Shown: positions 54,504 to 64,000, numbered from the stretch's first letter. The stretch is 64,000 nt of DNA from an uncultured Clostridia bacterium (GCA_934476675.1 CAKSOE010000007.1:1-64000); one strand, 5' to 3'. A program made the numbers and translations. The notes: a model not told the origin generated them from the sequence alone.

Positions 54504-55931
54504 TTATTCAGATTTTCGGTTTAGTACGCCATTTAAACTCCATGTATGTGCTTCTGTTATCCTTACATCAACATATTTTCCAATCATGGAGGGGTCGCCT
54601 TTGAAATTTACGATTTTTGAGCTTTCACATCTGCCGGAAAGCATATCGCTGTTATTCTTGCTTACTCCGTCCACAAGAACCCTTTCGATTCTGCCGACGT
54701 ACGCGTCATTTTTACGCTTTGAAATCTCATTCTGCACCGCAAGCAGCTTGTTGAAATTCTCATGTATCTGTTCATCGCTCAGGACAAAATCCAGCTTTGC
54801 CGCCGGAGTTCCCTCGCGGCGCGAATAAATAAACGAAAAAATATTATCAAACTCAACCTTTCGCAAAACGTCAAGCGTTTCCTCGAAATCCTCGCAGGTT
54901 TCGGTAGGAAAACCCACGATTACATCAGTCGATAACGAAATATCCGGAATTTCATGCTTTACCTTTTCGATTTTTTCCAGATACTGTGCTTTCGTATACT
55001 TTCTGTTCATCTGCTTTAAAATTTTATCCGAGCCTGCCTGAAACGGCAAATGCAGCTGTTTGCACACTTTATCACAGTCACGTATTGTTTCGATGAGTTT
55101 ATCGCTCAAATCCTTCGGGTGCGAGGTCATAAAGCGTATACGCTCCACGCCGTCAATATCGTTCACCATACGCATAAGATCCGAAAAATCAACATCAATA
55201 TCCAAATCCTTGCCATAGGAATTTACATTCTGCCCCAAAAGCGAAATTTCCGTACAGCCGCTCTTTACCAGCTCGCGCACCTCGTTTAAAACTGCTTCCG
55301 GCTGTCTGCTGCGCTCACGGCCGCGAACATACGGCACAATACAATACGAACAGAAATTATTACAGCCGTACATTACGCTTACCCATGCTTTTTCGTTTGT
55401 ATCGCGCAAAATCGGCACATCCTCCGCGATGGCGCCGTCGCTGTTTTCTATATCCACAACCGTCTTTTTTTGGTGCATGGCCTTATACAAAAGCTCCGGC
55501 ATTTTATACAGTGCATGAGTTCCGAACACAAGATCCACCTGCTCATGCGTTTTTTTTATTTTTTCGGTGATATGCTCCTGCTGAACCATACAGCCGCATA
55601 CAGCAATTATCATATCCCGTCTTTCTTCTTTTATGTGTTTTAAAATACCGAGTCTGCCGAAAACACGCTGTTCCGCATTCTCGCGCACAGCACAGGTATT
55701 GTAAATCACAACGTCCGCCTTATGCGGATCGTCCGTAAATTCAAATCCCGCTTCGCTGAGCATACCGCGTATGCGCTCGGTATCGTTTTCATTCTGCTGA
55801 CAGCCGTATGTTTCCGTCAGCGCCAGACGTACCCTGCCATTTTTTGACGCAAAATTACCGTTGTCCTCACGAAGCTTCATAATATAGCCTTTTTGCTCCT
55901 TAATCTGCTCCTCTGTTATTGAAACTGCCAT
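54504..55931 (-). CDS. miaB: tRNA-i6A37 methylthiotransferase (radical SAM)
   Basis: LTETYGCQQNENDTERIRGMLSEAGF MTTase N-domain; radical-SAM CNNFCSYC (CxxxCxxC); TRAM C-terminus. Confidence 0.9.
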   Translation of the reverse strand: MAVSITEEQIKEQKGYIMKLREDNGNFASKNGRVRLALTETYGCQQNENDTERIRGMLSEAGFEFTDDPHKADVVIYNTCAVRENAEQRVFGRLGILKHIKEERRDMIIAVCGCMVQQEHITEKIKKTHEQVDLVFGTHALYKMPELLYKAMHQKKTVVDIENSDGAIAEDVPILRDTNEKAWVSVMYGCNNFCSYCIVPYVRGRERSRQPEAVLNEVRELVKSGCTEISLLGQNVNSYGKDLDIDVDFSDLMRMVNDIDGVERIRFMTSHPKDLSDKLIETIRDCDKVCKQLHLPFQAGSDKILKQMNRKYTKAQYLEKIEKVKHEIPDISLSTDVIVGFPTETCEDFEETLDVLRKVEFDNIFSFIYSRREGTPAAKLDFVLSDEQIHENFNKLLAVQNEISKRKNDAYVGRIERVLVDGVSKNNSDMLSGRCESSKIVNFKGDPSMIGKYVDVRITEAHTWSLNGVLNRKSE

Positions 55932-55939
55932 GATTTACC

Positions 55940-56248
55940 TCAAAATTCGTAGTCTATTACTCTGCGCTCACACACATTCGGTCTTACGTAATTTTTGCCG
56001 ACCGCAACGTGCGCAGGATGTTCCTGATACGCGTTAAGATCCTCTTTGGAATCAAATACCGTTTCAAGCACAATATCCGAAGCCGCATCTGTTTCGTTGA
56101 AATTTATTCCGACGCGTATTTCTCTCAAAAAGTCAATCTCGTTTTTCAGTGCTTCGAGCTTTTCTTTTATGAGCGCCGCTGTTTTTTCCTTGTCCGCACT
56201 ATCGTTTATTCTCCATGCGACAATATGCTTTATCATATAAAAAGACAT
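55940..56248 (-). CDS. Dabb-family stress-responsive alpha/beta-barrel protein
   Basis: 102 aa; MIKHIVAWRINDSADKEKTAALIKEKLEALKNEIDFLREIRVG.. typical Dabb. Confidence 0.7.
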   Translation of the reverse strand: MSFYMIKHIVAWRINDSADKEKTAALIKEKLEALKNEIDFLREIRVGINFNETDAASDIVLETVFDSKEDLNAYQEHPAHVAVGKNYVRPNVCERRVIDYEF

Positions 56249-56316
56249 TCCTTTCCTATTTTAAATTTATCATATTTTATATTATATCACCTTTTTTTAT
56301 TTTTTTCAATCATTAA

Positions 56317-56345
56317 TTGTTTTTATTTTTAAAATGTGGTATAAT
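56317..56345 (+). promoter_or_regulatory. promoter with extended -10 (TTGTTT-17-TGgTATAAT)
   Basis: ttgttt ttatttttaaaatgtgg tataat read directly upstream of phosphoesterase gene. Confidence 0.45.
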
Positions 56346-56379
56346 ATCCGTATACAAAACAGTAAAGGAACGTAAAATC

Positions 56380-57225
56380 ATGAAAAAGGCTATAAAAACA
56401 CTTGCACTGACTGGCGGAATACTTTGCGCCGTAAAGGGGCTTGACAACCGCCTTGAAATTACGCATTATATACTCGAATCACCTAAAATTCCGAAAAACT
56501 TTGACGGCTTTACCATTGCCCATGTATCGGACTATCATTCCGACACCGTCCCCGGAATTATCGGCGAGATTCGCTGCGAAGCGCCGGATATTATAGTTTC
56601 GACGGGCGATCTTGTACATGATCGGGGCAGTTATGTGCCCGGCGTGCGCTTATGCGAACGGCTGCTTAACATTGCGCCTGTTTTTGCGGTATCCGGCAAT
56701 CATGACGTATGGCGCGGCGATTACGACGAATTTGAAAGTGAGCTGGCAAAAGCCGGTGTAAAATGCCTGCACAACGAGCGTGTGACGCTTTGCCGCGGCA
56801 ATGATAAAATAGGACTTTGCGGCGCTGACGATCCGTTTTCAATAGACAATTCAAATATTGTATCAAATCTGAAAAAGGAGCTTTCGGAAATTCCGCCGTA
56901 TGACGGATATGACATTCTGCTTTTTCACCGCGCAAACCTATTTGACATCGTAAAGGGGCGCGGCTTTGATTTGATACTTTCGGGACATATGCACGGCGGA
57001 CAGTTTCGTCTGCCCGACGGGCGCGGCGTTGTTGCGCCGAAATCCGGCTGGGGCGCAAAAGGGCCGATGTTTTTCCCAAAATATTTCGGCGGTCATTACA
57101 GATACAAAAACACCGAGATGATTGTCAGCCGCGGCATAGGAAATCCGATGATTATTCCGCGTCTGTTTAACCGTCCGGAAATAGTTATCGTAACATTAAA
57201 GCACGGTGACGCCTATGGTGAGTGA
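56380..57225 (+). CDS. calcineurin-like metallophosphoesterase (membrane-anchored)
   Basis: AAAGGAAC RBS + ATG 56380 (track start is TTG); MKKAIKTLALTGGILCAV anchor; motifs AHVSDYHSD, STGDLVHD, VSGNHD, GHMHGG. Confidence 0.75.
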   Translation: MKKAIKTLALTGGILCAVKGLDNRLEITHYILESPKIPKNFDGFTIAHVSDYHSDTVPGIIGEIRCEAPDIIVSTGDLVHDRGSYVPGVRLCERLLNIAPVFAVSGNHDVWRGDYDEFESELAKAGVKCLHNERVTLCRGNDKIGLCGADDPFSIDNSNIVSNLKKELSEIPPYDGYDILLFHRANLFDIVKGRGFDLILSGHMHGGQFRLPDGRGVVAPKSGWGAKGPMFFPKYFGGHYRYKNTEMIVSRGIGNPMIIPRLFNRPEIVIVTLKHGDAYGE

Positions 57226-57922
57226 AAGTGAGCTTTATGCGCCCGTAAAAACGCTTTTTGAGAACATGGGGTATCAGGTAAACGCCGAGGTCAAGGACTG
57301 CGATGTGACGGCTGTAAACGGTGATGAGCTTATAATTGTCGAGCTGAAAAAGAATCTTTCCGTGACGCTTTTGGCGCAGGGACTTAAACGTCAGAAGTCG
57401 GGCGCAGTGACATATGTCGCAATACCCAAACCCAAGCGGTATTCGCCGAAAACCTTCCGCGACACACTGTATGTGATTAAAAAGCTTGAATTGGGTTTGA
57501 TTTTTGTGACGCTTATAGGCGCTCATTCATATGCGGAGATAATTTATGAGCCGCAGCCGTTTAAGCCTGTAAAGCAAAACAAGGTTATGATGCGCAAAAT
57601 TATGAACGAAATAGACGGCAGAAGCATAGACACCAACACAGGCGGCATAACGGGCAGAAAAATTGCCACCGCATACACGGAAAAGTGTATAAATATCGCC
57701 TGCATACTGGATATGTACGGAGAGCTTTCGCCGAAAGAGGTGCGAGGCTACGGCGGTGACGAAAAATGCGGAATGATTATGCGTATGAACGTATACGGCT
57801 GGTTTGACCATGTAAAAAAGGGCGTTTACGCCATAAACAAAGCCGGAAGAAAGGCTCTGCTCGAATACCCAGAGTTGGAACAATATTATACCGAAATCTT
57901 AATCCGAAACAAAAATACATAA
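57206..57922 (+). CDS. conserved hypothetical protein, DUF2161-like (putative PD-(D/E)xK fold + winged helix)
   Basis: 238 aa; ...KDCDVTAVNGDELIIVELKKNL resembles D...E-x-K nuclease core; overlaps upstream gene end; domain assignment by motif only. Confidence 0.5.
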   Translation: MTPMVSESELYAPVKTLFENMGYQVNAEVKDCDVTAVNGDELIIVELKKNLSVTLLAQGLKRQKSGAVTYVAIPKPKRYSPKTFRDTLYVIKKLELGLIFVTLIGAHSYAEIIYEPQPFKPVKQNKVMMRKIMNEIDGRSIDTNTGGITGRKIATAYTEKCINIACILDMYGELSPKEVRGYGGDEKCGMIMRMNVYGWFDHVKKGVYAINKAGRKALLEYPELEQYYTEILIRNKNT

Positions 57923-57989
57923 AAAAACGCCGTCAGATGACCGAATGGATATTATTTATTCTCCACCTCATCCGACGGCTAACGCCGCC

Positions 57990-58016
57990 GCCTTCCCCTC
58001 AAAGGGGAAGGCTTTT
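57990..58016 (+). terminator. rho-independent terminator
   Basis: gccttcccc-tcaaa-ggggaaggc + TTTT. Confidence 0.6.
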
Positions 58017-58034
58017 AAAGCGCAAATTTTTCAA

Positions 58035-60056
58035 TCATTCAGCGTCTTCTTCGCCCTCAACTTCGATTGTTTCGTCAACCTCAACATCGGGGTCTGTTGA
58101 ATATACAAGAGTTTCACCCTCATTTACGGGTTCTTCCTCTTCTTCAACCTCGGGAGCTGCTTCTTCAGCTGCCGGAGCAATCAGCGCTCTGATGCTCAGG
58201 CTGATTTTCTTAGCTTCCCAATCGGTTTCGGTAACCTTTACCTCAACCTCTTCGCCTATTGTAAGAACATCCTCGGGCTTGCCGATTCTTCTGTCGGCAA
58301 TCTGCGAAATGTGGATAAGACCGTCAACGTTGGGAAGAATTTCCGCAAATGCACCGAACGGCATCATACGTACAATCTTAACCTTGATAACGTCTCCGAC
58401 ATGAATCTTATTCTGTGCGATTACCCACGGATCGTCCTCTGTCTTTTTATATCCCAAAGAAATCTTCTGAGTTTCGGGGTTCATATCCTTGATGTAAACC
58501 TCCAGAACATCGCCCACATTAACGATTTCCGACGGATGCTTAATCTTATTCCATGACAATTCGCTTATGTGAACAAGTCCGTCCACGCCGCCGATGTCAA
58601 CAAATGCACCGAACGATGTAAGCGACTTAACAGTACCTGTGTACTTCTTGCCTACTTCCGCTTCTGCCCAGAATTTTTCTTCTCTTTCTTTTCTTGCCGC
58701 TTCAAGAAGAACTCTTACCGAACCGATAACTCTTTTTCTTCTTTCGTCAATTTCAATAATCTTGAAATTAACCGTTTCGCCTACAAGGCTCTGGAGATCC
58801 TGTATAAATCTTTCCGATGCCTGACGTGCGGGAATAAATACCTGCGAACCGTCTGCCAATGCGATTACTCCTCCTTTTACAGCCTTGATAATTTTGCCTT
58901 CAAGAACCTCTCCGGATTCATAAGCCGCTTTGATTTTGTTCCAGCTTTCCATAGCTACCAATTTTTTTCTTGATAAAACTACTTTTCCCTCACCATCGTT
59001 TACGCCTACGACATAAACCTTGATCGTATCGCCTTCTTTTACAACATCAGACGGCTTAAGTGACGGATCGTCTGTCAGCTGATCAGCCGCAAGCTGTCCG
59101 TTATATTTAAAGCCGCCCAAATCAACGATGACTTCATTATTACGAACCTCTACAACCGTTCCTTCAACAACGTCTCCGTTATTAAGAGTCTTTGACGAAT
59201 ACTGCTCAAACAGCTCCGCAAAATTCTCTTCCTTCTGTAAGTTTTCACTCATAGCCTTTACTACCTCCTCGATAATACGGTGCGGCGTCGACGCCCCTGC
59301 CGTAATACCTATTTTATTATAACTTTTTTGAGGAATCTCCTCATATGTCTCGATATGATAAGCTTCGCCGCAGCGCTCTTTCGCAATCTCGAAAAGCTTT
59401 CTCGTGTTGGAGCTTTCGCGTCCGCCTATTACAATCATGCAATCCGATTCCTCCGAAAGCGCAGCTGTTTCCGTCTGCCTATCCTTCGTCGCACTACATA
59501 TTGTATCAAATATTAGGGTACTTTTGCAAGTTTTTTTTACATTTTGTACGATTTGACTAAAAATTTCTCGTTTTATTGTGGTTTGTGCCACAACACATAC
59601 GGGTTTTTTAGAAAATTTTTCGTCAATTTGCTCGTTTATGTCATAAATAACCAATGCACTGTTGCCGCACCACCCGTTTATGCCTTTAACCTCGGGGTGG
59701 TTTTTGTCGCCGACAATGACAATACCATACCCTTTATTATGATACTCAGACACAATTTTATGTATCTTTTCCACAAAAGGACAAGTGAGGTCAATATGCG
59801 GTCTGTTTCTGATTTTATCATACGTCTCTTTTCCGATCCCATGCGCACGGATTACTATTGTGTAACCGTCTGGAATATCGTCGGGATTGTCATATGCTAT
59901 GACGCCTTTTTCAGCCAAATCGCCGATTACCTGCGGATTATGGATAAGTGCGCCGAGTGTTGCAAGCTTTGTGCCGTTTTTGATTTCATCATAAACGCTG
60001 TTTACCGCACGTTTTACTCCGTAGCAGAAGCCTGCCGTTTTTGCCACCTTTATCAT
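58035..60056 (-). CDS. ispH: bifunctional 4-hydroxy-3-methylbut-2-enyl diphosphate reductase / 30S ribosomal protein S1 fusion
   Basis: N-terminal IspH/LytB (MIKVAKTAGFCYGVKRAV...), C-terminal four S1 RNA-binding repeats and acidic tail; fusion typical of Clostridia. Confidence 0.85.
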   Translation of the reverse strand: MIKVAKTAGFCYGVKRAVNSVYDEIKNGTKLATLGALIHNPQVIGDLAEKGVIAYDNPDDIPDGYTIVIRAHGIGKETYDKIRNRPHIDLTCPFVEKIHKIVSEYHNKGYGIVIVGDKNHPEVKGINGWCGNSALVIYDINEQIDEKFSKKPVCVVAQTTIKREIFSQIVQNVKKTCKSTLIFDTICSATKDRQTETAALSEESDCMIVIGGRESSNTRKLFEIAKERCGEAYHIETYEEIPQKSYNKIGITAGASTPHRIIEEVVKAMSENLQKEENFAELFEQYSSKTLNNGDVVEGTVVEVRNNEVIVDLGGFKYNGQLAADQLTDDPSLKPSDVVKEGDTIKVYVVGVNDGEGKVVLSRKKLVAMESWNKIKAAYESGEVLEGKIIKAVKGGVIALADGSQVFIPARQASERFIQDLQSLVGETVNFKIIEIDERRKRVIGSVRVLLEAARKEREEKFWAEAEVGKKYTGTVKSLTSFGAFVDIGGVDGLVHISELSWNKIKHPSEIVNVGDVLEVYIKDMNPETQKISLGYKKTEDDPWVIAQNKIHVGDVIKVKIVRMMPFGAFAEILPNVDGLIHISQIADRRIGKPEDVLTIGEEVEVKVTETDWEAKKISLSIRALIAPAAEEAAPEVEEEEEPVNEGETLVYSTDPDVEVDETIEVEGEEDAE

Positions 60057-60071
60057 CAGAAGCTTCCTTTC

Positions 60072-60650
60072 TTATTCTGCCGCAAGTTTTTTTATTTCCG
60101 AGAGAATGTTATCCGCAATCTGCTGCGTTTCTTCGCCCGTAAGCTTTTGTCCGGCATATTCTTCAAGGGTTATGGGCTTTCCGTAGGAAACCGTTATTTT
60201 ATGCAGCCATTTATAATCACCGCTTATACACACCGGAACGACCGGAGCGGAGGTTCTGTGAGCAATCATTGCCACGCCGGGCTGTGCCTTTGAAGTCTTG
60301 CCGTTTCTGACCCTTGTTCCCTCCGGAAATATCAGCATGGCTTTTCCGTCCTTTAATATCGAAAACGCACACTTTATCGCGCTTATATCGCCCTTCCCCC
60401 TATGTATCGGAAATGCGCCGACGGTTTTTAAAAACCAGCCGAAAACCGGATTTTTAAACAGCTCCGCCTTTGCCATAAATGTCAGACGTCTGGGGCAGGT
60501 CATCGCCGCAATAACGGGATCGAAATTCGAACGGTGATTTACCGCAAAAATCACCCCGCCCTCCAACGGAACGTTATCCTTGCCCTCCGTTTTTACACGA
60601 AACACAAAAAACATTAAAAACCGCACAATCGCCGTAATTACATTATACAT
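60072..60650 (-). CDS. plsC: 1-acyl-sn-glycerol-3-phosphate acyltransferase
   Basis: HX4D motif (NHRSNFDP), FPEGTR motif; 192 aa. Confidence 0.8.
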   Translation of the reverse strand: MYNVITAIVRFLMFFVFRVKTEGKDNVPLEGGVIFAVNHRSNFDPVIAAMTCPRRLTFMAKAELFKNPVFGWFLKTVGAFPIHRGKGDISAIKCAFSILKDGKAMLIFPEGTRVRNGKTSKAQPGVAMIAHRTSAPVVPVCISGDYKWLHKITVSYGKPITLEEYAGQKLTGEETQQIADNILSEIKKLAAE

Positions 60651-61319
60651 TCAGTTCACCGCCTTTGATACAAGCTCTTTTATTTTCTCAACCGCCTCCT
60701 CAAAGGTCATATCGGAGGTATCGACTCTCACCGCGTCCGGAGCCTGCCTTAATGGCGCGGTTTTGCGTTCGCTGTCGTTTTTGTCGCGGTATTCTATGTC
60801 TTTTTTTATTGTTTCAAAATCACAGCCTATGCCTTTTTCGCACATTTCCTTATACCGCCTTTCCGCACGCGCTTCAGCCGACGCCGTAAGAAAAATTTTC
60901 ACCTGCGCATTCGGCAGCACATACGAGCATATATCTCTGCCGTCCATGATTACATTATTGCTTTTCGCCATTTCGCGCTGCATTTCCACAAGTTTTTTTC
61001 TGACCTCGGGAATCACCGCAACATCCGACGCTCCCAAAGAAACCTCGTCTGTTCTGATTTTTTCGGAGACATCCTCGCCGTTTAAGAAAATATGCTGTCC
61101 GCCGTCAAAATGCTTTATCTCAAGCTTTATATCATCAAGCCTTTCAATCAGCTTTTCGCTTTTACAGTCTATGCCGTTTCTTATCGCATACAGCGCAACG
61201 CTTCTGTACATTGCGCCCGTATCGATATACACAAATCCCAGATCCTGTGCCGCCGCCTTTGAAACAGTGCTTTTGCCTGCGCCTGCCGGCCCGTCTACCG
61301 CCACCGCTGTGTAGTTCAT
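60651..61319 (-). CDS. cmk: cytidylate kinase
   Basis: AVDGPAGAGKSTVSKAAAQDLGFVYIDTGAMYR P-loop/NMP-binding signature. Confidence 0.9.
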   Translation of the reverse strand: MNYTAVAVDGPAGAGKSTVSKAAAQDLGFVYIDTGAMYRSVALYAIRNGIDCKSEKLIERLDDIKLEIKHFDGGQHIFLNGEDVSEKIRTDEVSLGASDVAVIPEVRKKLVEMQREMAKSNNVIMDGRDICSYVLPNAQVKIFLTASAEARAERRYKEMCEKGIGCDFETIKKDIEYRDKNDSERKTAPLRQAPDAVRVDTSDMTFEEAVEKIKELVSKAVN

Positions 61320-61699
61320 TTTGTTTCTCCCCTCTGCTTTGCAATTATATCGGGCCTTAAAGCCTTTGCGCCCCTTAGATATACCGGATATATATCATCA
61401 TTCGTTTTATCGGTATTAAACCGCACTATCACACGTATACACTTTTCAAGCGCACCCTCTATATCGGGCGCCGCCATATCCAGAAGCGGAACATTTGTTA
61501 TACCCATTCTGCGCACCGATGCCGCCGGAAATACCTTTGTCAGATCTTTTGTCACGGTGAATGTAACATCCACCATATCGGCGGTATCAATATCGTTTTT
61601 TTCGATTATTTCCCTTAACATTTCCTGCGATGCCGCAATAATTTCGTCTTTATCATTCTTCGGTACGGTTGTCGCACCCCTTACAGCTCTTATAGCCAT
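61316..61699 (-). CDS. aroH: chorismate mutase, AroH class
   Basis: 127 aa; MAIRAVRGATTV...CIRVIV...LRPD aligns by eye with B. subtilis AroH (IRGIRGATTV...CIRVMM...LRPD). Confidence 0.8.
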   Translation of the reverse strand: MAIRAVRGATTVPKNDKDEIIAASQEMLREIIEKNDIDTADMVDVTFTVTKDLTKVFPAASVRRMGITNVPLLDMAAPDIEGALEKCIRVIVRFNTDKTNDDIYPVYLRGAKALRPDIIAKQRGETK

Positions 61700-61723
61700 T
61701 TAACATCACCTCCGTTTGTTTAT

Positions 61724-62131
61724 TCAGACCGCTCTGTGTCCCATTCCGATAGTAACATCGTTAAGATTGAGCAAGCCTATCGCAAAGAACAGACACACGC
61801 TTATATGCCCCTCACTGCGTGCAATGCCTATTTTGCCGCCGAGATTAAGTCCCACGCATTTATCCACAATCATTTGCAGAGCTTCATGTGCCGCTCCGGC
61901 GACTGCACCCTCCTCGGCATGACTTTCGCCTATGAGATTTTCGCGTTTTGCCGCCACTACGGCACGTTCGAGAATTTTCGGCACTGCATTTGCAAAATCA
62001 CTGCCGAAATCAATCGCCACGGTTTTTATTCCGTTTTTTAGATAGTTAGCTTTAAGCTCGTTTTCCTCGTCACGTCCGCTTGTGAGCGCCATTTTTGCCG
62101 CCGCTCTGCTTGTTTCCTTACTTCCGTTCAT
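61724..62131 (-). CDS. HutP-family protein (RNA-binding antiterminator fold), orphan
   Basis: GGGAGGT RBS + ATG ~62131 (track start is TTG); ..GESHAEEGAVAGAAHEALQ.. and C-terminal ..GMGHRAV resemble HutP motifs; no hut genes nearby. Confidence 0.5.
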   Translation of the reverse strand: MNGSKETSRAAAKMALTSGRDEENELKANYLKNGIKTVAIDFGSDFANAVPKILERAVVAAKRENLIGESHAEEGAVAGAAHEALQMIVDKCVGLNLGGKIGIARSEGHISVCLFFAIGLLNLNDVTIGMGHRAV

Positions 62132-62154
62132 GTAAACCTCCCGTTTTATATCAC

Positions 62155-63396
62155 TCAATGAGTGTAATTCTCTGTTTGCGCAGCGCTCATACCTGCAAGA
62201 TACCCCGTTGAAAACGCCGCCTGCAAATTAAATCCTCCGGTATAACCGTCCACATCTATGACCTCTCCGGCAAAATAAAGCCCCTTTACCTTTTTAGATT
62301 CCATGGTTGAAGGATTTATCTCCGACACCTTAACTCCGCCCGATGTAACAATTGCCTCCGCAACAGGGCGGAATTTTACAAGCGTAAGAGTAAGCCGCTT
62401 TATTTTTTCTGCCAACACCGCACGCTCCGCACGGGTGATTTCACACACCGTCTTATGCGGCTCTATCCCCGACATCTCCACGATTACCGGTATAAGCGCT
62501 TTCGGGAGCAAATCGTCAAGAGCATTTATCAGATGCTTTTTGCGGTATTTTTCAAAATCGCGCAGAATACGGATGTCAAGCTGTTCTTCACTCAATGCCG
62601 GTTTTAAATCTATTTCAAGACGGTAATGCTCTTTTCCTATATTTTTCAGATGTGCCGACATAGACAGCACAACGGGTCCCGACACTCCGAAATGCGTAAA
62701 AAGCATTTCACCGAAATCCTCGTACACCCTTCTGCCCTTTTGGTCAAACACACTCACCGCCGCATTTTTAAGCGACAGTCCCATAACGTCCTTTACCCAT
62801 TTTTCCTCCGTCACTATCGGAACAAGCGACGGCTTTATTTCCGTAACCGTATGCCCCGCCGATTTTGCAAAATCGTATCCGTCGCCCTCAGAGCCCGTCT
62901 GAGGGTACGAAACCCCACCGGTACATACAATCACTCTGTCGGCGTAAATGTTTTTCCCTGCCAGCTTTACGCCCCTCACAGCGCCATTCTCAACTGTTAT
63001 ATTCTTTACGCGTGCCGTAATAACGGAAACATTATCTTTTAAGGCATATTTTCTCAAGGCCTTTACAACGTCCTCCGCCTTGTCGCTTACGGGAAAAATT
63101 CTTCCGCCGCGCTCCATTTTTGTCTTAACTCCGTACTGTTCCAAAAGCCTTACAATATCGTCGTTTGTAAAGGTATACAGCGCACTGTACAGAAATTTCG
63201 GGTTTGTGGGATACATATTAATCATATCCTCTATGTCCGCCGAATTGGTTATGTTGCATCTGCCTTTTCCGGTAATGCGCAGTTTTTTGCCGAAAAAACC
63301 GTTTCTTTCGATAAGTATAACCTTTTCGGCGTCCTCTGCCGCGCGTCCGGCGGCAATCATTCCTGCCGCTCCCGCGCCTATAACTATTATTTTCAT
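62155..63396 (-). CDS. HI0933/BaiN-family NAD(P)/FAD-dependent oxidoreductase
   Basis: MKIIVIGAGAAGMIAAGRAAE dinucleotide-binding motif; ...GKGRCNITN...; 413 aa. Confidence 0.8.
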   Translation of the reverse strand: MKIIVIGAGAAGMIAAGRAAEDAEKVILIERNGFFGKKLRITGKGRCNITNSADIEDMINMYPTNPKFLYSALYTFTNDDIVRLLEQYGVKTKMERGGRIFPVSDKAEDVVKALRKYALKDNVSVITARVKNITVENGAVRGVKLAGKNIYADRVIVCTGGVSYPQTGSEGDGYDFAKSAGHTVTEIKPSLVPIVTEEKWVKDVMGLSLKNAAVSVFDQKGRRVYEDFGEMLFTHFGVSGPVVLSMSAHLKNIGKEHYRLEIDLKPALSEEQLDIRILRDFEKYRKKHLINALDDLLPKALIPVIVEMSGIEPHKTVCEITRAERAVLAEKIKRLTLTLVKFRPVAEAIVTSGGVKVSEINPSTMESKKVKGLYFAGEVIDVDGYTGGFNLQAAFSTGYLAGMSAAQTENYTH

Positions 63397-64000
63397 TCCT
63401 TAACGCTCCACATATTTGATACTCTGTAACAGCCGCTCACGGACGGCGAAACTCCGCTTTTCAGCTTATTTGAGCATAAAACGCTCTCCTTTTTGTAGCA
63501 TATCGGCACAAACGGCATATCCTCCGCAAGCTTTTTCCCAAGCTGCTGTGCTATTTCTCTGATTGCGTTCTCGTCCGTAGTCATTCCCATCTGCGAAATA
63601 AGCAGCTCCGCCTCGCTGCTGTCATAGGAAAAGCTGTTTTCGCCGTTCTTTATAAGCTTTTCCAAGTCCTGGTTTATGCCCGAATCGTATTCGCCGACAA
63701 ACATATCGAAATCATGACGGCTTATTTTCTGCAAATATGCCGCGTTTTTCTGCTCGTCAAGCGTTACTCTTATTCCACACTTTTCCAAGTCGCTTTTTAT
63801 CATTTTTGCCGCTGTCAAAAGCATTTCATTTTCCGAATCCGCAAGCAGAACAACCGAAAGCTTTTCCTTGCCCCTGCGCACCATATATCCGCTGCTGTCA
63901 AGCCCCCAGCCGGCATTGCCCAAATGCTCCATAGCCTTTTCCCTGCTGCTTTTCAGCTCATTTCCACCGCCATAAAGCCATGATGACGGGTTTATCATTG
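63393..64000 (-). CDS. ABC transporter substrate-binding protein (family 5, peptide/nickel type), C-terminal part; N-terminus beyond window end
   Basis: ORF open at window edge; C-terminal region typical of OppA/DppA-like SBPs (..LTAAKMIKSDLEKCGIRVTLDEQ..YLQKISRHDFDMF..). Confidence 0.55.
   Translation of the reverse strand, partial: MINPSSWLYGGGNELKSSREKAMEHLGNAGWGLDSSGYMVRRGKEKLSVVLLADSENEMLLTAAKMIKSDLEKCGIRVTLDEQKNAAYLQKISRHDFDMFVGEYDSGINQDLEKLIKNGENSFSYDSSEAELLISQMGMTTDENAIREIAQQLGKKLAEDMPFVPICYKKESVLCSNKLKSGVSPSVSGCYRVSNMWSVKE

Overview
This 64-kb window appears to come from a roughly 50% GC Firmicutes/Clostridia-type chromosome. Supporting traits are GGAGG-type ribosome-binding sites, a fused ispH-rpsA gene, a gatCAB + aspS operon, ricT and ricA, and SLH and Listeria-Bacteroides-repeat surface proteins. 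Most of the window is housekeeping: glnN (GSIII), the aspS-gatB-gatA-gatC operon, cls, an FprA flavodiiron protein with a ferredoxin-domain protein beside a divergent Crp/Fnr regulator, tRNA-fMet, tRNA-Lys, ricT, a 2[4Fe-4S] ferredoxin, C11 and M18 peptidases, galM, miaA-mutL-mutS-ricA-miaB, and ispH/rpsA-plsC-cmk-aroH.

Two regions look accessory. The first is a minus-strand cluster at 0.9-12.1 kb. It holds a YdjI/YdjH/YdjG-like SPFH-TPM-zinc-ribbon envelope module with an inserted LRR+SLH surface protein. Upstream of that module is an operon of two small zinc-ribbon proteins and a 1312-aa secreted, extraordinarily cysteine-rich protein with tandem Cys/His modules, followed by a small membrane protein. 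The second is an ~8.3-kb AT-rich integrative element immediately 3' of tRNA-Lys (about 30.44-38.7 kb). It carries an HUH rolling-circle Rep, a divergent cI/Cro-like switch with a consensus promoter and palindromic operators, a small plus a large serine recombinase, and cargo genes of unknown function; one cargo gene is flanked by direct repeats, cassette-like.

No CRISPR array, rRNA, or obvious toxin/defense enzyme was seen. All coordinates for re-called starts, tRNAs and regulatory sites are manual and could be off by a few nucleotides.
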